DNA of 64,000 bases, taken from Dudresnaya verticillata. Taxonomy: Eukaryota. The first letter of the stretch is position 1, and the number at the start of each line of letters is the position of its first letter. The translations under genes were made by a program, and so were the position numbers. A model generated the notes under the pieces. It saw only the letters and a program-made list of their open reading frames with translations, did not search any database and was not told the origin of the DNA. Below, piece after piece: positions 61,477 through 64,000 of this stretch. The stretch spans positions 1,302,001-1,366,000 of the forward strand of contig OZ374560.1 of assembly GCA_977862235.1 (NCBI GenBank), read 5' to 3'.

Positions 61477-62007
61477 TGGCGGGGATGCGGGCGTGTCGAG
61501 GTCGGTGTCGGGGTCGGGGTCGGGGTCGGTGACGAAGGAGTGGGCGGGGGAGGCGGAGGACAGCGACGCGGCGGAGAGGTTGGGGTTGGGGGGGTCTGCG
61601 AAGACCATGGGGAAGTGGTTTTCGTCGGGGACGGGGGGCGTGGCGGGGTCGGAGAGGGACATGGCATCGTGCGAGAATGACGAGTCGGAGACGGCGGATG
61701 CGGCAGAGGCGGAGTCTGAGGAGGTGGAGACGCGGTCGAGGAAGACGTCGTCGGGCTGCAGGGCGTCGAGCGAGGCGAGGTGGGGCGGGAGCATTGCGGT
61801 GGGGGGGCGGGTGGTGCGGTTGGACTTGGACTTGGTGGAGCGGCGGGGGCCGGCGTTGGGGCGCGGCCTGGCGGGGAGGCAGCACGACAGGAAGAGGGCG
61901 CGGCGCGGATGTGGCGATGGCTGCGGCGATGGCTGCGGCGATGGCTGCGGCGATGGCTGCGGCGGCGACGGCGACGGCGCGGGGGCGCGGCGGTGGCGAC
62001 GCGACAT
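59710..62007 (-). CDS. F-box / RNI-like leucine-rich repeat protein
   Basis: F-box LLHLPNELLDTILRYL followed by repeats of C..L..L.L (CSNLRELRL, NLRKLSL, NLRELHV). The N-terminus is Pro/Ser-rich. Confidence 0.88.
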
Positions 62008-62176
62008 GGCGTGCGGCGGGCGCGAGGGCGGCGGCGCGGGGCCGGGCGGGTCTCGTGCGGGGACGGTGGAGGCGGAGCGGGAGAGGCGGAACGGGAGAGC
62101 GCAACGGACGTGTGTGATGGGATGGGTAATGGGATGCGATGCGAAGTGCGGGAATTGTGCTCGAGTAAGGCGGCGC

Positions 62177-62336
62177 TGTAAGGGGCTGTAAGGAGGAAGT
62201 GTAAGGCGGTGTAAGGAGGAAGTGTAAGGCGGTGTAAGGAGGAAGTGTAAGGCGGTGTAAGGAGGAAGTGTAAGGCGGTGTAAGGAGGAAGTGTAATGCA
62301 GCGGTGTAAGGACCTGGTGTAAGGACGCGGTGTAAG
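62177..62336. repeat. 23-bp minisatellite (TGTAAGGAGGAAGTGTAAGGCGG) x ~4.5 with degenerate flanks
   Basis: Perfect head-to-tail units with no spacers. Confidence 0.9.
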
Positions 62337-62676
62337 CAGCGATCTCCAGCAGTGCTCCAGCGATGACCGTCTCTGTGGCAACCGCAGCAGAAACAGAAAC
62401 ACACGCTGTGCAGTAATCAACAGCTCACGGAAAAAGCGAAAAGTCGACTGAGCAATGCCAAAGCGTCAACGCGTCCCACCCCGTCCGTCAGTCGCACGCA
62501 CACGCTCCGCTCGCGCAGGAGACTGACCAATGTATCCACAGCCGCCGTTGTCCAGCCGCCCCCGCCCATCTTGACTGCCAACATGGCACACGCGCCCGCC
62601 CGCGTCGTGGATCCGCCTGGCCGCGCCGCCCTCCATCGCGCCTGCCAGAGAGCTCGCGCCCGCCAGAGAGCTCCGC

Positions 62677-62682
62677 TATAAA
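62677..62682 (+). promoter_or_regulatory. TATA box of the oxidoreductase gene
   Basis: TATAAA in a GC-rich context ~105 bp before the ATG, followed by an AC-rich leader. Confidence 0.6.
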
Positions 62683-62782
62683 GCCGCCGCGCGAGAGCGC
62701 AGCAACCTCGCACGGCCCTCTGCACAAAACACTACTCTTAGCTCACACAACCACTCACTCAACCACTCACTCAACCATCCCA

Positions 62783-63460
62783 ATGGCCTCCCCAACCTCC
62801 ATCCTCGTCATCGGCGCCGCCGGCCGCACCGGCCTGGAGGTCGTGCGCTCGGCCGCCAAGGCGTCGCCGCGCCCGGCCGTGCACGCCTTCACGCACGAGG
62901 TCGCCATGCCGTCGCCAGAGGCCGCGCTGTGCGCGTCGGTCACCAAGGGCGACGCGCGCAAGTCGGCAGACCTGTCGGCGGCCCTGGCGTCGTCTGCGGC
63001 CGACGTTGTCGTCATGTCCATCGGCATCCCCAACAACACCAACAAGGACGACGTGCGCGAGGCCTCGGCCGCCGCGCTCATGGACGCCGTCGCGCCAGCC
63101 ACCAGCTTTGAGCACGTCAAGATCGTCGTGGTGTCGTCCACCGGCGCCGGCGGCACCAAGCTCAAGCTCGGCCTGGGCGTGGGCGCCATGGTCACGCATG
63201 CGCTGCGTCATGTTATGAAGGACCATGACAACCAGGAGAAGGTCTTCAAGGACCGCCTCGGCGCCGCGGGCAGGGACAGGATGCTCATCATCAGGCCCAC
63301 CGGGCTCGCCGACGGCAAGCCGGCCGGCAGCATCGCCGTGTTTGGCAACGCGGGCACTGCCAAGGGGAGGGTCACTCGCGCCGACCTCGGCAAGTGGATT
63401 GTCGATGAGGTCATTTCGGGCGCCAATTTTGGCAACGAGTTCTGCTGCACGGCCAACTAG
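62783..63460 (+). CDS. NAD(P)-binding Rossmann-fold protein (atypical SDR / flavin reductase-like)
   Basis: ILVIGAAGRTG, KGDA, DVVVMSIG, VVVSS.G, IIRPTGL.D and VTRADL. Strong GC3 codon bias. Confidence 0.9.
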   Translation: MASPTSILVIGAAGRTGLEVVRSAAKASPRPAVHAFTHEVAMPSPEAALCASVTKGDARKSADLSAALASSAADVVVMSIGIPNNTNKDDVREASAAALMDAVAPATSFEHVKIVVVSSTGAGGTKLKLGLGVGAMVTHALRHVMKDHDNQEKVFKDRLGAAGRDRMLIIRPTGLADGKPAGSIAVFGNAGTAKGRVTRADLGKWIVDEVISGANFGNEFCCTAN

Positions 63461-63930
63461 TAGGAGAAACCGTCTACCCTACCGCCTATGTTAGTCGGCG
63501 TATAGCGTCACCGCTGCTTTGTAGGTGCGATGCCTGCCCCGTCCCCTTCCTAATGCTTTACCCGCCCAATGCAACTAGAAAATAACAACAAACCTTTTTG
63601 ACTGCAAACCGCAACAACAACAACAACAACTTGGCACAATAGCCTTTGCCACCAGCAGCGCCCACGGGCGCAGACTAATGTTAGTCCTATTGTCATTCAC
63701 ATAGCAGCGAGGCTGCGAAGGGAGCGTTGCATACTTTGTTCCTTTGTGGTCGACATCTGTACTGTAATGTCCGGGGAGATTCACTCCTGAGACGGAGCAA
63801 CCTGTGGCTAACCTTCTACTGCCCGCAGCATCGGGAGGAGGCGCGACGCAAACCCACCGACGCCGCCGCACCGCCACCATCGACCCCCTGACACTGCGCG
63901 AACAAAGCATTATCGCCCACGCTCGCCTCA

Positions 63931-64000
63931 ATGACAGCCGTCACGCCGCTCGCCGAGCTCAAGCAAGTATGGGCGCTCTCGGACGAGCTCTTCCACGGCC
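63931..64000 (+). CDS. Possible 5' end of a gene running off the window (MTAVTPLAELKQVWALSDELFHG)
   Basis: ATG followed by an open GC3-rich frame to the edge; too short to assign. Confidence 0.4.
   Translation, partial: MTAVTPLAELKQVWALSDELFHG

Noticed and set aside
62177..62336. CRISPR array
   Set aside because: Units are contiguous with no unique spacers, there are no cas genes, and the context is eukaryotic.

Overview
Eukaryotic genomic DNA. The intron-less GC-rich genes and chromodomain-bearing Ty3/Gypsy elements suggest a red alga, but this is inference only. Positions ~1-43 kb are a transposon pile-up: a decayed PIF/Harbinger element, a pogo-type DDE remnant, LINE-like fragments, and a nest of at least four related chromoviral LTR retrotransposons. 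One of these (E2, 27817-41128, minus strand) is full-length, with 624-bp LTRs, a CGGTG target-site duplication, a tRNA-Glu-like PBS and a -1 frameshift site. Positions ~43-64 kb hold host genes: a secreted Cys-rich protein, a probable domesticated BED-finger/hAT transposase, two paralogous membrane proteins, an F-box/LRR protein and an NAD(P)-binding oxidoreductase. The strongest candidate for a new system is in the retrotransposons. Three of them carry a homologous antisense ORF of unknown function between pol and the 3' LTR. One of them is saturated with the palindrome TGGCCA (about one per 100 bp). Two of them carry a tandem 80-bp two-hairpin motif with compensatory base changes. All alignments and counts were done by eye.
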